Source: Eukaryota sp. TZLM1-RC (taxonomy: Eukaryota; Protista; Metamonada: BaSk clade). From it: a stretch of DNA of 64,000 bases. The DNA lies in NCBI GenBank assembly GCA_040285825.1, contig JAUPSS010000007.1, positions 2,826,689-2,890,688 on the forward strand, read 5' to 3'. Shown here one piece after another: positions 1-12,594 of the stretch (the first letter of the stretch is position 1; each line of letters begins with the position of its first letter). Below the pieces are notes generated by a model, which was given only the letters and a program-made list of their open reading frames with translations, ran no database searches and was not told the DNA's origin. The position numbers were made by a program, and so were the translations under genes.

Positions 1-2793
1 AACGCTGCTGAGTTTACCAAGGCCATCCAACTTCTTGAATCTTATTTTCCATCTTCTGCTACCTCCACCACCTATCCTAACATTCACTACGCCATTCTTG
101 AAATCATCAGCCATGCCATCACAGAGAACGTTAGAAACTCCAACCTAACTCACGCTAAAGATCTCGTCTTCCAGTATCATGAACGTGCTATCTCTGGTGA
201 GTTTACAGAGGATGTTGCTAATGAAAACCTCAGTCTAATGAACATGGCTGCCCTTGGAGAAGTACCTGATGTGCTCAAATCTGAAACAGGAATACTTCAA
301 AAACGGCAAACACTTGCTGACGTCATCAAGGAAGCCGTGCAGGTTTCTGCCGTCACTTCTGGTTTATCCATGTCTATTCCAGAACCACAAGAACCCATTG
401 AGGAAGTGATTGAGAGGGCAAGGGAGCCAAGTATTGCAGGGAAAAGGACTAGCGGAAGTAGACTATCTTTATTTAGTTCTATTGGGCAGAAGTCGTTGCT
501 CAAAACCAAACTTGGTGAAGGTCCTCTTAAACGACCATTGCTGACGTCACCAGCTCAAAAAATGATGTCGACAGCTCCATCGGCCACGTCACCAGCTCAC
601 AAACAGATGCCCTCAACTGCTGGCAGTCGTCCAATGGAACCAGTGGAAACGGTAAGTTATCCCAGTCCTCAGCCGTCAATTAAGGAAACAGTTCCTCAAT
701 CAACCCCCCAATCAGTTTCCCATCAGATCCCCATGATGACGTCACCACAATCAGTGCCACGTGTCAGTCCTGGTATTTCTGAGCCTTCCAAACCTGAAGT
801 TATTCCTCCAAGGTTTAATTACTATGGTTCTTTATCTCATGTCGGGTGTTCCTTCACCACTGCACATCCGATTAATCCTAACGTCTTTGCTGTTGGTTTT
901 GCAAATGGTACGGTCGAATTGATCACGCGAGAAGGTCATAAATTGAACAGTTTGATTGATTCCTCGAGAAAATCAGAAATTACTTGCCTGAAATTTTCAC
1001 AAGATGGCCAATATTTGGTGATTGGATCAGCTTCGGGTAGAATGGCAATCAATGAGACTACCAAATTTTCAAATATCTGTGAAGTTTCTGGTCATGATTC
1101 GTCAGTGGTTGACGTCGACATTACCGAACATTATATTTATTCAATTTCTCTTTCAGGAGTTGTTCAATGTCACGATTTTAGTGGTAAATTAATCAATAGC
1201 CAGCAACTAATCCACTCAAAACCAATCAAAATATTGGTCGGTCAAAAAGTGACAATATTTGGAGCTGACACTTCAGTTGTACATTGTGATCTCTTCCTTC
1301 AAAATTTGAGGACTGTTGAACCATTCAGTGAAGGAGGTCAAGTTTTTGATATAGTTTTCATCAATGAGATTTATTTTTCTTTAGTTTTACAAAAAAATTC
1401 CATTTCAGCTGGTCTTTTGCTCGATTTAGATTTCAACATAATCAAAGAAGTTCCTGGAATTGTATTTGATTCTGCTGCCCCTGACAATTCCAAATTTTCA
1501 ATTTACATCAGAGATGATCTCATCTATGTGTCACATTTGACTGGCATAGCACTTTTAGCTCAATCTTCCGAATTTGAAGTTGTCGCGGTCAACATAGTTC
1601 CAGAAATTTCGAATAATCAATTAATGTTTTCTATTTCTGCAAATTCAGACGTAATGTACATCATTGACAGATCACGCGTACTAAATTTTTACTCGAAAGT
1701 AGAGCTCAACCTGCCAAATTTTGAACTTGTCAGTGAGAGAATAATTCCGCCAGCTCCAATCAAAGCTCCTGTATTAGCTCTGCCGAAAGAACCTAAATAC
1801 AAGAAGATTACTAAATGCATTGATCTGCCTCTCACTCACTCAGTCTACTTGATGCGATCAAATGTTCTTTTTACCCTTCACAATAATGAATTACGATATT
1901 GGAGACTTGAAAAAGATGATAATAATGGTTTCACACCTATTTGTAAGTCCAATAACTACTCGTTACCAGAGCAATGCAGCATCTTCACCACCGTACCCAC
2001 AGGAAAGTTTTTAATTTTTGCCGGAAAATCATGTTTGTATGTGGTACAAGCTGACCATAAAACCCATGAAGATAGGATAGCTTTTGAGATGAAGAAACTA
2101 AATGTTGATACAAAGACTGGGGGTGCTACTGTTACTGCGTTGAAGTCGGCTCCTAGAGATGCAAACTCGATCGTTTGGGGAACGAATAGAGGGGATGTTA
2201 TGTACAAAAGAATCAATCTTGTACAGCAGCAGCCAAGTTCATTACAACGTCCAGCTCATGACACGTCAGCAATCAAATCGATTCAATTTTTGAAAGATTT
2301 TTTGATTGTTGTATCTGAAATTACCGTCACAGCCTACCCAGTCGTGTTCCAAACCGAAAAAAGAAACTTGTATGTTGAAGATAGCTTTTACACTATTTTG
2401 GAAGCTTCTGATAACAATATTTTCCAGAATTGTACGGAAAATCCTAATTTCACTGTCAATGATGATGGTTTTGAATTATTAGTCACGGAACTTCACAAGT
2501 GCCACGCTATTAAGCAAGTTGAAAAAGAAGTTACATCCCATTTGTTCTTCCAAACGAGGACATCAGATCTGGTTTTAAAAAGTGCCGCCTTTATGCTTAC
2601 TGATTCAAGTCCAATGATTGCTTATATCGCTGAAAATAATACGGTAGGAATGTATTCAACTGAAGAATCTCGGTTACAATTTGAAAAAACTTTGTCATCT
2701 GAAGATGGAACACTTTGTCGGGTAGAGTCTTCTGTGGAAAGAGGGTTCTTGGCTATAACGGACAAGAGCTGTGTTTCTAGTTTTGTGATTTAA
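1..2793 (+). CDS. WD40-repeat protein with N-terminal helical (CTLH-like) region and Pro/Ser-rich linker, possibly TOPLESS-related; 5'-partial
   Basis: Frame 1 is open from base 1 (NAAEFTKAIQLLESYF...), so the gene starts upstream of the window. WD-like repeats include ITCLKFSQDGQYLVIGSASG and GHDSSVVDVDI. AHPINPNVFAVGFANG and IVWGTNRGDV resemble TOPLESS WD motifs (from memory). Confidence 0.7.
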   Translation, partial: NAAEFTKAIQLLESYFPSSATSTTYPNIHYAILEIISHAITENVRNSNLTHAKDLVFQYHERAISGEFTEDVANENLSLMNMAALGEVPDVLKSETGILQKRQTLADVIKEAVQVSAVTSGLSMSIPEPQEPIEEVIERAREPSIAGKRTSGSRLSLFSSIGQKSLLKTKLGEGPLKRPLLTSPAQKMMSTAPSATSPAHKQMPSTAGSRPMEPVETVSYPSPQPSIKETVPQSTPQSVSHQIPMMTSPQSVPRVSPGISEPSKPEVIPPRFNYYGSLSHVGCSFTTAHPINPNVFAVGFANGTVELITREGHKLNSLIDSSRKSEITCLKFSQDGQYLVIGSASGRMAINETTKFSNICEVSGHDSSVVDVDITEHYIYSISLSGVVQCHDFSGKLINSQQLIHSKPIKILVGQKVTIFGADTSVVHCDLFLQNLRTVEPFSEGGQVFDIVFINEIYFSLVLQKNSISAGLLLDLDFNIIKEVPGIVFDSAAPDNSKFSIYIRDDLIYVSHLTGIALLAQSSEFEVVAVNIVPEISNNQLMFSISANSDVMYIIDRSRVLNFYSKVELNLPNFELVSERIIPPAPIKAPVLALPKEPKYKKITKCIDLPLTHSVYLMRSNVLFTLHNNELRYWRLEKDDNNGFTPICKSNNYSLPEQCSIFTTVPTGKFLIFAGKSCLYVVQADHKTHEDRIAFEMKKLNVDTKTGGATVTALKSAPRDANSIVWGTNRGDVMYKRINLVQQQPSSLQRPAHDTSAIKSIQFLKDFLIVVSEITVTAYPVVFQTEKRNLYVEDSFYTILEASDNNIFQNCTENPNFTVNDDGFELLVTELHKCHAIKQVEKEVTSHLFFQTRTSDLVLKSAAFMLTDSSPMIAYIAENNTVGMYSTEESRLQFEKTLSSEDGTLCRVESSVERGFLAITDKSCVSSFVI

Positions 2794-3018
2794 TAAGTGA
2801 AATAAAAGTGCGAAATTCTTTTTATTTTGTTTTTTAAGCATTTATCACGGTTTTTTCTGCATTGTATTTAATTTAATTTATAGAGTTTTGATTCAGTGTG
2901 ACAGTATTTAGTTATTGTTTTGATTAATTTTCAAATTTTGGTACACTTTCTTAAATAATTGGACCTTTTTTGACTTAATTTTTATTTATTCTAATAAAAA
3001 ACCAACTATGCGACCAGG

Positions 3019-3333
3019 TTAAAATTCTATATCTTCATAACCCAAGTCAACCAAGAAGAATTGACTGGAGGTTTTTCTTTGATAAACGCGTCCAAAAAAC
3101 AACAAAGCTGAAGATAATTAGGGAACAACAACTTTGAAAATTGAAAATAATTAAACCTATGACAATTATGATTGAACTTTGACTTCTGGCACAACAGAAT
3201 TGTTTTCACTATTCTTAAAGCAATTCCCGAAACGATAACCAAAGCACACTTACAGTTAGAAATACAGTATGGGAATCGCGCATTCAAGAGATTTGATGAT
3301 GTTGAAGCATGTATTGTAGATTAGGAGTTCTAG
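3019..3333. mobile_element. Two back-to-back 3'-end relics of RLE non-LTR retrotransposons (3019-~3150 minus; ~3165-3333 plus)
   Basis: The minus strand ends ...LVDLGYEDIEF*. The plus strand reads NFDFWHNRIVFTILKAIP...EACIVD*EF*. Both match the C-termini of the larger elements in the window. Confidence 0.7.
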
Positions 3334-3818
3334 TTTTTTGTTAAATGTTTTGTTGGCGTTGAAAATCAAAATTTAAAGCCAGTTAAACTGCATTATTTCG
3401 TACTTTGACATTTTTTGAATTACAAGGGAAGGTTACTGTTTTGGAAAATGGAAGCAACACAAGAATAATTGATTAATCTAAATTCCAACCTCACATACTC
3501 AATACCTGCTTTGTCCTTTTGCTTTTTCTTTATTTGGAACCTTGGGTAAAACTTTTATTATTATTTATTCATTCGTTTGTAAATAAATATATTTCAAAAC
3601 AAGTTTGATTCATTTAAATTAAGTCGAATGTTGTTTCTTGCATTGTCAAGTGTTAACAAATGCGAAAGATTCATTCACATCAGCACAGTCTAAGTCTTAA
3701 ACTTGACTGACAAAACTGACCTCAACATTGAAATAATTTCAACAAAGCTTAATTTATTGAAGTCAAAAAATAATAATACAAAATACAATTAAATTAAAAT
3801 TCCTTTTGTTTTCAATTT

Positions 3819-5607
3819 CTAAAAATCTTTTTCAATTTTTTCCAAAATTCTACGTCTAAATGCATCTTCTCCCATCAGAAAATCGACCATTTTCCCCAAC
3901 ACAAAGCTACTTTCTTTTCCGTCTGCGTATCTCCCGGAATGCGTCCCAGCCAACCACTGATAACGCTCAAGTTTTTCTTGCAAATCATTAATAATCTTGG
4001 TATAATGTAAGGTCAATTCCCGTTCCCTTTCATCCCATGAATTCCCTCTTGGTTTGAGCGAATCTTCGAAAGGCCTCGCTGAAGAGTACATTGGAGAATG
4101 TACCGGAGGACTAGACGTGAGATTAGACACTCTCCGTAGTCTGCTATGAGGCGGTGTTGTTAGGAGAGTGAGTCTTTCAGACACAGATTCAGTAGGAGAA
4201 GAAGCAAAAGAAGGTGGAATAGAATGAGTCTGTAATGGCTGAGACAAATTAGGCAACGTGACTTTCTGCTCATCCTCGTCATCTTTTTGACCAATCACGT
4301 CATCATTTTGATCTCTATTCTGCAACGAAGCCACAGTGGTTTTCAAATCCATAACTTCCTTTTCCAAAGTCGAATTTTGCATTTCCAACATTTTATTGGT
4401 ACTTTGATATTCTAAAATCTTTTGCTCAAGACTGGACTTGACATCCCTAAAATCCGCAACCTCATTGACAATAGCGTGGTTCTTTACACTCATTGCTCGA
4501 GTAGCAAAGTGCAATGAAGAGTAAGTCTCTTCGTAGTTAAAGGCGGCAGGACCAACACAGACACAAAGGCAGGTTTTGGCATTACCGCCAAGAAATTCTG
4601 ATAACAGCCTTGTAAGTTTTGAATCTCTAAATGGAACATGTGTTGATGGCGAATTCGAACTCAGAGCAGCAACAACATTACCGAGAGCGCTCAAAGATTT
4701 ATTAATCTTCTTTGCCTCTTCTAGTCTATAACCCTCACTTCCCGTCTTTGCCACTCTTTCAGAACCTGCCAAATCAATAATATTCAAAACACCTCGCTTT
4801 ACGCAATTCGATTCACGACGTCGTTGCTCGACTGTTAACTGTAGTATAACATGAGACCTAGAACTTGTTTTGTTCATTGCAGTGCTGGAAATAGCTCGAT
4901 TGGCCGCACCTTCCCTAATATAATCAAGTACCTGAGCTGGAGAATCAACTTGCACTTGGGTAATGCCGTCAACAAAAATTCCACTTTTAGGATCCTCTCG
5001 CACAGGGAGGTTGACCTTTGTCTGGTCTAACAAGTCCATGACAACTTCCATGTAGATCTGGAGAAAGGAGACGTTAACCCTAAACTCAACATTTTCAGAG
5101 TGTTCCTCAATGTAGTCAAAGAGCTGTAAGATGGCTCGAGGCACAATACCACACTGTGAAAAAGGGGAAGGTTCGTCAGGAGCTGGTTTTCGTGTTTTTC
5201 TTTCTTCTGGACGTTCCCAATCACTGCCGGGTCCAAAGATGGTGAAAGTCTGGGGTAAGAGCAGGAGCTAGAGGGGTGCAAACCTTTCCGGTTCCTGTTT
5301 GTCCATAGGCGAGGATAGCACCATTATAACCATTAAGAGCGGACATGACAACTTCAGAGGAGGAAGCAACATAAACATCCTCCTGATCAGCAGAAGAGTC
5401 AAAAACAGAATCAAAGCGAAATTCACGTTCAGAGACACCAGTTGGGGAGAGAAGAGTAACAGAGGAACGGTCTTGGTTTATACGGACAATATTTTTAAAG
5501 GGTTCACAGAGGTCGTTTTCGTAGTCCTCTTGAACTGGAGGACGAAGCCGAACTATGACACGGATACGAGAACTCTCAGTGTCAGGGGATTGAGACCTAG
5601 GAGGCAT
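3819..5607 (-). CDS. Kinesin motor protein with N-terminal motor and coiled-coil tail; join(5607..5284,5249..3819)
   Basis: Motifs IRVIVRLRP, YGQTGTGK|TFT (P-loop restored by splicing a 34-nt intron), SSRSH, DLAGSER and HVPFRDSKLTRLL. Confidence 0.95.
5250..5283 (-). other. 34-nt spliceosomal intron (kinesin)
   Basis: GTTTGC...CTTACCCCAG; removal fuses two ORFs and restores the GKT P-loop. Confidence 0.92.
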
Positions 5608-5682
5608 CGGCTAATAGTACAAAGATGGAGAGAAGTAGTAACCTTGTTGAGATTGGATTGCGATTTTACTAAACGAAAACTA

Positions 5683-5811
5683 AATCCAAATCTTCGTGGT
5701 ACAATGGTTACAAAAAGTGACGAATCTGATGACTTATTTTCACAAACACCCTTTTCCAATCACAATGAGTGAAGATCTTGATTTCAAACAGCCGAGCTGC
5801 TAATATTATTA
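5683..5811 (-). mobile_element. Internal fragment of RLE retrotransposon family A, about 75 bp upstream of the kinesin ATG
   Basis: EKGVCENKSSDSSLFVTIVPRRFG matches 19459-20022 and 57770-58954. Confidence 0.85.
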
Positions 5812-6800
5812 TTTTCCTTCAAGTTTGCCTACTGTGCCTTCGAGATCTTTCACCAATCTTCATCTTGCTGTTGTGAAATTACAGAAGTCTGTTCTTATTG
5901 GTTTTGAAGACCTGGATTTTTCTAAACGACTTAGTGTGACTAAGATTAATAATCCCGTCTTTGCTGCCTTTTTATCAGACATTCAGAACTGTACTAGTTT
6001 AATATCTCAGCAACCAAAGGCCATTTGGTCTTCACTTAACAAATGAAGCTTGGAAACAAAACATGCGGTTGAGATTAGGGATGTATCCAAGTGGTCTTTT
6101 GGACAATTCTTATTGTATTTGTAACAAAAAACCTACTGCCAATTTTCGTCATATTGTGAGCTGTAAGAAATTTCTCCAATATAGGTCAGTTCTTCATAAT
6201 GCCGTTCGTGATGTGACATATGAGATGTTCAAGTGTTACAATTTTAGTTGCAAAGTAGAACCTTTGTTGAAGCATTATAGTGATGATAATCTTTTTAATT
6301 CACGTCGAGGTGATTTAATTGCTCCTTTTGTGGATTCCTCTCAAGTTGTTGTTGATTTCACTACAGTTGATCCCTTTGCTTTGGTTTATCGCGATGATGT
6401 TTTACTTAGTACTAATGGTCATTTGAACAAGGCTGAAGATCGTAAGAGAGATAAATATACTGAGATATTAAATGATTTAAATAAGAACCTTTATTCGAAG
6501 TTTTCGTTTGTTCCTTTTGCCTTTTCGATTTTTGGCAACATTGGACAATCCGCCTTGAATTTCATCAATGATTTTGGTAATTTATGTCGTTCAAGTGGTA
6601 AGAATTTTGCAGAGAATTTATGGAAAAATCGTATCATTTTCGCTTTGTACAGAAGTGTTCCCAAGTACTTGAGTTTAATGATGTCTAAACTTTATAAGGA
6701 TTCATCAAGAGTTGGCGTGGAGAATTTAGTTTCTTATGTGTTTTAGTTTGTTCTATTTGATTCTTCGTAGAAAATGATTTGATTCAATAAAATTATTTAT
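5812..6800 (+). mobile_element. 5'-truncated CRE-like non-LTR retrotransposon, family B (CCHC + RLE domain)
   Basis: Motifs MRLRLG, CICN..HIVSC..HNAVRD, RRGDL, DFTTVD, AEDRKRDKY and FVPFAFSIFG; AATAAA followed by an A-rich tail; near-identical to 47015-47669. Confidence 0.9.
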
Positions 6801-6984
6801 TTTAAAAAAATAAATATCATTTAAATAAATGTTGTTCCTCAATGTTTTGAAAATTACATTACAAAACTTTGGTAAATCGGTCAATGATGAAAACAAACTG
6901 GGTTCCAATAAAACAATTGTTAATTCAATTTATGATACACTAAAAATACAATATTCTATAATACAAACTGAATTTAAATAAGTG

Positions 6985-9900
6985 TTAAGAATTAGAAATA
7001 TAATTCCGAATAACCTTGACTTGACTAACAATGTCTTCGTCAAGCATGTTCAAGAATTCAAGAGTGGTTAGTTCCTCTTCATGAAGGGTAGATAACATTT
7101 TCTTAAAAACAACAAAGAATATTAAAGTCACGGCAACCACAAACAAAACAAAAGTAACTAACATTAAATTATTTAAAAAACTTAATGACTCAGAATAATG
7201 AGATCTGAGATACTGTAGCGATTGCAAATTCATGGTGTACGAAGTTGAACTTGATCTGAACAGCTCATCTAAAATAATGGAGAACGAATCATCAAAATTT
7301 GAAAATTCGCCAGAGACATAACGACTTATCATGGTTATAAAACCAGTAATGACAGCGTGAAGCCCGTAATTTGCGTCACTGTCAGCGATTTCTTTTGAAT
7401 CATCAATAAAATTGGTTTCAAACAAAAGGGATGATTGTAAACCATCAAAACTTGATTCTAATAAGATTTCATTATGAAGTCTATTCAATTGCAAAACTTT
7501 TTTAGATGCTTCAACTTGGAATGAGTGACTGTCAAAATCTTCCGTTCTGGAAAGCATGACGTCAGAAGCTATGGCTTTGATTAATGCTCCTCTCCTCGAC
7601 ATTAATGAGGATATCTTTGGATAATCATGTAAAGTCTTTGTTGAGACAAAAGACAAAATCAAAAACATTGACAGAATTGCTAGTAAAACAAGCAAAGAGA
7701 GAATGTAATGTTTGGTGTATTTCCTGATGGACGGCACTTGGATCTTTTGCTTAATATGAGCGGCTTCCTTGCGTTTGGGAGTGGCTGCTGCTGTAAATAG
7801 AACAGAAATGACAATGGTAAGAACCAAGACCAAAATTCCAGAAAATTGAATGATTTCAAAATTGTCCCAAATAGAGTTTAAATGAGACGAAATCACCTTG
7901 TACATCTCATCAAAAGAGTCATCTCTTAAGTGTTCCAAAAGGTCACCAATGTCTACTGACATTTGATCAAATTGTCGACTTGAAGTAATGGCCATGGATA
8001 GGTTTAGTTTAAGATCTGCTTCCAAGTTCATATCATCAATATCATTAGTTAATTCAAAGGATTCTGCTAGTTTGATGGCATCAACAGTTTCAGAGATGTT
8101 CCAGGTGACGTTACTTAGGCCAAAACCTTCATAAACATTGTCATTGAAAGCAGAGAGACAAAGTTTGGTGGAAATCGTACCCCAATAAAGATAGTTATCG
8201 AGAATTTCCCGAATTGTGATCACCATGGACTGTGTGAGGTTGCAAACATGAACGAAATTGGTTCCTTCACAAAAAGAATCTGTTTCAATTGTAGCAAGAA
8301 GAGTTTCCAGTTCATCAATTCTGTCAAATAGTATTTTGGTATGTGAATAACTTCCCGAGACTTGAACTATTTGGAAGTTGCGTCTAATCGTATTGAATGC
8401 ATACTGAGCGCTCACAATAGGTTCGTAAAGTTGCAGGGAAACCATTCCATCATTTTGTAAACGTTCTGCTATAGGAATTGTTTGAAATGCAAGATAAATG
8501 GCAATGGAGAAGCCTAGAAACGCCAGTAGAAATAGAAACGTCAGCAAAAATCGACAAAACCGTAGTTTAGAATAATATTTCCGCAAAAAGATACCAATAA
8601 TCCCAAAAAAGATAAATGTTACCAGAATGGAAATAAAAATTATTCTAAAAGAAAAATCGAAATCAGCTATATTCGAAGTAACTATATCAAGACGCTGAGT
8701 AGCAATTCTATCGGCAGAATCATCAATAGCAACCATGAGTTCTTCAAAAACTCCCAGTCTTCGAGAGTCAACGACCAGATTCCGACTCATTATGAGCCTT
8801 TCCGACGGTGACAGTCGTTCAACATCGTATTGAGGCGAGTGGTACCAGTGGTCTATATGAGGATATGCTAATTTGGTTTGGAAAAAATTGTTTTCATCTG
8901 CACTGTTATAGTCGAATGACACAAAATTTGAAAAAAATTCAGAGATATCAAATACTGAGCTCGTCAGCTGTAGAATGATACGTTCCACATAACGAATCTC
9001 ATTTAAGAAAGTGGCTTGTTCAGCAATTTGGGAAAGTTCTTCTGAGGTTAAATCTAGCGAATTGATTTGCATCAAATAATCAGTTCGTTCTCCACTATTA
9101 ACCAGTTCAAAGTATTTGTTGAGGTAGTACTGATCCCCAAATGTTAGGAATAATTGTAAATGAGATGATAGAATTCTATCAATATTGGTCATTCCGCTAG
9201 CAGCGTGACGCACTTCAAAAGCAAGAAGATATTCTGAGTTTGTAGAATCAACATTATTTTCAACTGTTGTGAGAAAGTTACCCAAGAAAATGATAGAGAA
9301 AACAATCAGAGCCGTAATTAAAATCATGGTCAATCTAATTTTGGTTGGAACAGAATGTGATTGCTCTTCGCAATCTTCAACTTCCATGGTAATACAATCT
9401 TCTACTTCTTCTTTGTTCATACTGAACCCACTATCAGAGTCAGAGCTTTCTTCCTCTGAGCCATCCTGTACATTGAGTTGAGAGAGTTTACGAGTTCGAC
9501 TCTTCCTCTTCTTAACTCCTTTGAATTTCGGGTGTTGGAGAACTCGTTGGACTTCAGACCTAGGGATATACAAGAAGAGGTTTAAAATAGCACCCCTTTC
9601 ATCAGAAATCTTGCTAAAAGAACGGCCAAAAAGAGCAAACGCAAGTATGATTACAACACAAACGATACTACCAAACACTATTTGCTGAATTAACAAAAAA
9701 TTGCTTAAAGAATTTGAAACTAGATCAATCAAATTGGAGAACATATTAATACAAGCAGCTGAAAAAACCGGCAACACTTCATTAATATTCTTTTCATTCA
9801 CATACATGCTGCTGTTCTTAGCATAGAGAGCGGCGTCCAACCCAAGCTTCATACCCATGGCCCACAGCGACATGATTTCAGAATCAGTTGTTGGAGGCAC

Positions 9901-12223
9901 CAAGTCCTTAGTTATAACGACAGAGTAACTTGGGTCAACAAGTAATGTCTTGATCTGAGTAGCAGGTCCTTCTAGATCAGAAGAGCCAGGAAACTCGCAA
10001 ACGTCAGAGTTACTAACATCCTTACTGGAGAGGACGAGACGACGAACGTGAAATGATATGTGTTCAGATTCAGAGAGTAAAAGTTGATTCAAGCTTATAG
10101 TAAGTTCTTCACTAGTTGGTTCGAAATTCATTGACATTTGATTGACCAGACTACCAATGTTTTGGGCAACATTATCAACATGAGAGAGTTCGTATAGCTG
10201 ATCAAACTGGTGAGCTAAGGATGACAAACCGTTTGAAGAAATGAGGAAAGAAGCAAGTGCAAGCAGTGCCATTATAATCAATGCAGTGACAACAGATGAT
10301 TTCAAAGCTCCTATAGCCCCCTTCTTGGACGACTTACTTAGCAAAGACTGGTTGAACCTGGCAGTTTTCTTTCTCCCCTTCTTTTCTTCACGGACAGAGA
10401 AGCTCATTGTAGTAGAACCACCCTTACTACTGGAACAATCGCTGTGGGCGAGCATGGCCATCTGTTCTTCCACTGAAACTGCACTTTGTTCATCACACTC
10501 AACTTCACGAAGAAAGCGAACATATTGCTCTAAAACAGATGTTTCGTGACCGTGTGCCATGAAGACCTTCTCAAAGCGTGTTTTTAGCATGGATTTCAAA
10601 GAATGGACTCTTGAAAGAATGGATGGAAGTTTTGATAGTTCGACATTATCAGAATCAAAAATAGACCAGAATGAGTAGAGACCCACGAGACATTCCTTAT
10701 GCAGATTTGTGATTTGCTTTGAACATGCCTGGAGCTGAAGGAAAGCAGAGGAATCAACTGCATGGCCGGTGGACTGTGTACGTCGTAAGATTTCCAGGTG
10801 GTGTGAGTTTCTGAAAAGAATAAACTTTTGGAACAACGTAGAATCTAGATCAGTCAACAGATTTTTGACCGTTTGGATTGTTCCTGAGGCAAGATATGTA
10901 TCTTTAAGAACATCTAGTTCGAAAACATTGGAAAACAAAAGAAAGTTGACGTTAGAACCAACACTGTATTTTCCAATGAGCATCAATGCTTTCTGGAGGG
11001 ATTGGTCTTCAATCGGCACATTCTTGATCAAAATTTCGAAATCCAAAGAAGAGCGCACCCGTGACAAGAAGAGATCATCAAGATTAATTGTTTCAACAGA
11101 GATTTCCTCATTCAAATTGAAATCCTCATCAAGAACACTGTTGTTAACCATTGCTGTTTTGACATTAGCTGTCCATTTGGTTATCTTGAGCAACTTCTGG
11201 CGACCAAGATAAAGACTCAAAACTGCAGCAATAGGAACAACAATAGTGATCATCAAGGTAGTAAGGATAGTGGTCGCAGGGAAGAACAAGCTGAGGAAAG
11301 AGTAAATCAAATAGCACAATGAAAAACCAGCCCAAGAGCCAAAAGCGGCAAGTGCAATCAAATTTGATTGCTTACGGTAAAATGGAAGTACATGATAGAA
11401 ACTAGAAGCAACAATTAAGGCCATTAAAAGATAACACAATCTAAACAGCCAAGCACGCAAATGAAACAAAAAGAAAACGACAAGAAGTAAAAGCTTGGAG
11501 AGCTGAAACAATGCACAAGGTTTCACGTTAGACTTACTAAATACACGTCTTGAACTAAAGCGACAATCATAGAAAAGGAGCCAGACGTAACATAGAGCAA
11601 GCAAAACACCGAGTGACAATAGAGCACCAATTCTATAGATATGGGCAATAGAACTTTGACAGTCATAATCGGATAAGAACTCCGTAAAAGTTAGATCAGA
11701 TGGCGTACGTGTTCGACCACAGGGAAGCATAGAGAAGTAGAGTGACGCTAAGGGAAAAGCAAATACATGAATAGTGAGTTCAAATAGACCTTTGACGGCA
11801 GAAAGAATTGGGGAAGAAACACTGAGATTGGATGTGAGGCGATGAGAAAGTGCAAAAGAAACAGCGAGTAGTATCGACAAGAACAAAATCGACGACAGGA
11901 AAAACACCACTCTGACTTGATGTTCATAATAATCCGTGAATAAGGGAGGGAGTACATAATGAAGCACCGGTGAGATGTCAAAAACAGGGTGAAAAGTCAT
12001 CTCCCTCCCAACAAATGCTACTATTTGAAGCAGCTCAATGACTAGAAGAGCAATCATCAGCATGTTGTGCTTAGGAGTGGCATCATGTAGAGCTTGAACA
12101 AAGGAAAACAGCTTAGCGCCAAGTGATGATAAAGCATTATCAGGGCTGGGATAAGGGTCGTGATGAAGAAAACACAAACCGTGGCCTCCCTTGGGAGACT
12201 TCAGACAAAGCAAACTGACTCAT
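6985..12223 (-). CDS. Large polytopic membrane protein, TmcB/TmcC (tiny macrocysts)-like; join(12223..12180,12145..6985)
   Basis: About 1740 aa with an N-terminal multi-TM bundle, a helical cytosolic region and repeated TM pairs ending in LFLYIPRSEV / FLNMLDED-type motifs. The true ATG at 12223 is reached through a 34-nt intron (MSQFALSEVSQGRPR|PDNAL). Confidence 0.7.
12146..12179 (-). other. 34-nt spliceosomal intron
   Basis: GTTTGT...CTTATCCCAG; links an ATG in frame to an ORF that otherwise starts at TTG. Confidence 0.8.
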
Positions 12224-12594
12224 CGATGTAAACGTGATCTGTTTAGTTTTGAGAATGGATTAATTCTTTGATTTCAATCATTGATGGGCAATACACCACA
12301 TTGCCCTTGTATTAATACAAATTTGTATTTTCCATCTATGATTTCAATATTACACTCTCCTCTGATTAATCTCCTTATTCCAGCTGATTTCATATTACCT
12401 GGATTAGATGGAACCTTCATTTAGTGGATGTGATGTCCGTTGATCTGTGCAATGCATGAAATGAAAGCCTATGAAAGTATTAGTTACGATTGTTGGTTGA
12501 GTTTTAAAATTTCACTTTTTTAGGAGAAATCCTTTTCATTTTAATAAGCAAAATTTTGAGAACATTGGCTCCGGTTTGGTTACTTGTTTAGTGG

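Noticed and set aside
9269-11981. Short ORFs antisense to or overlapping long genes (also within kinesin, MAK, ubiquilin and the retroelements)
   Set aside because: They are shadow ORFs with no motifs; the host frames explain the sequence.
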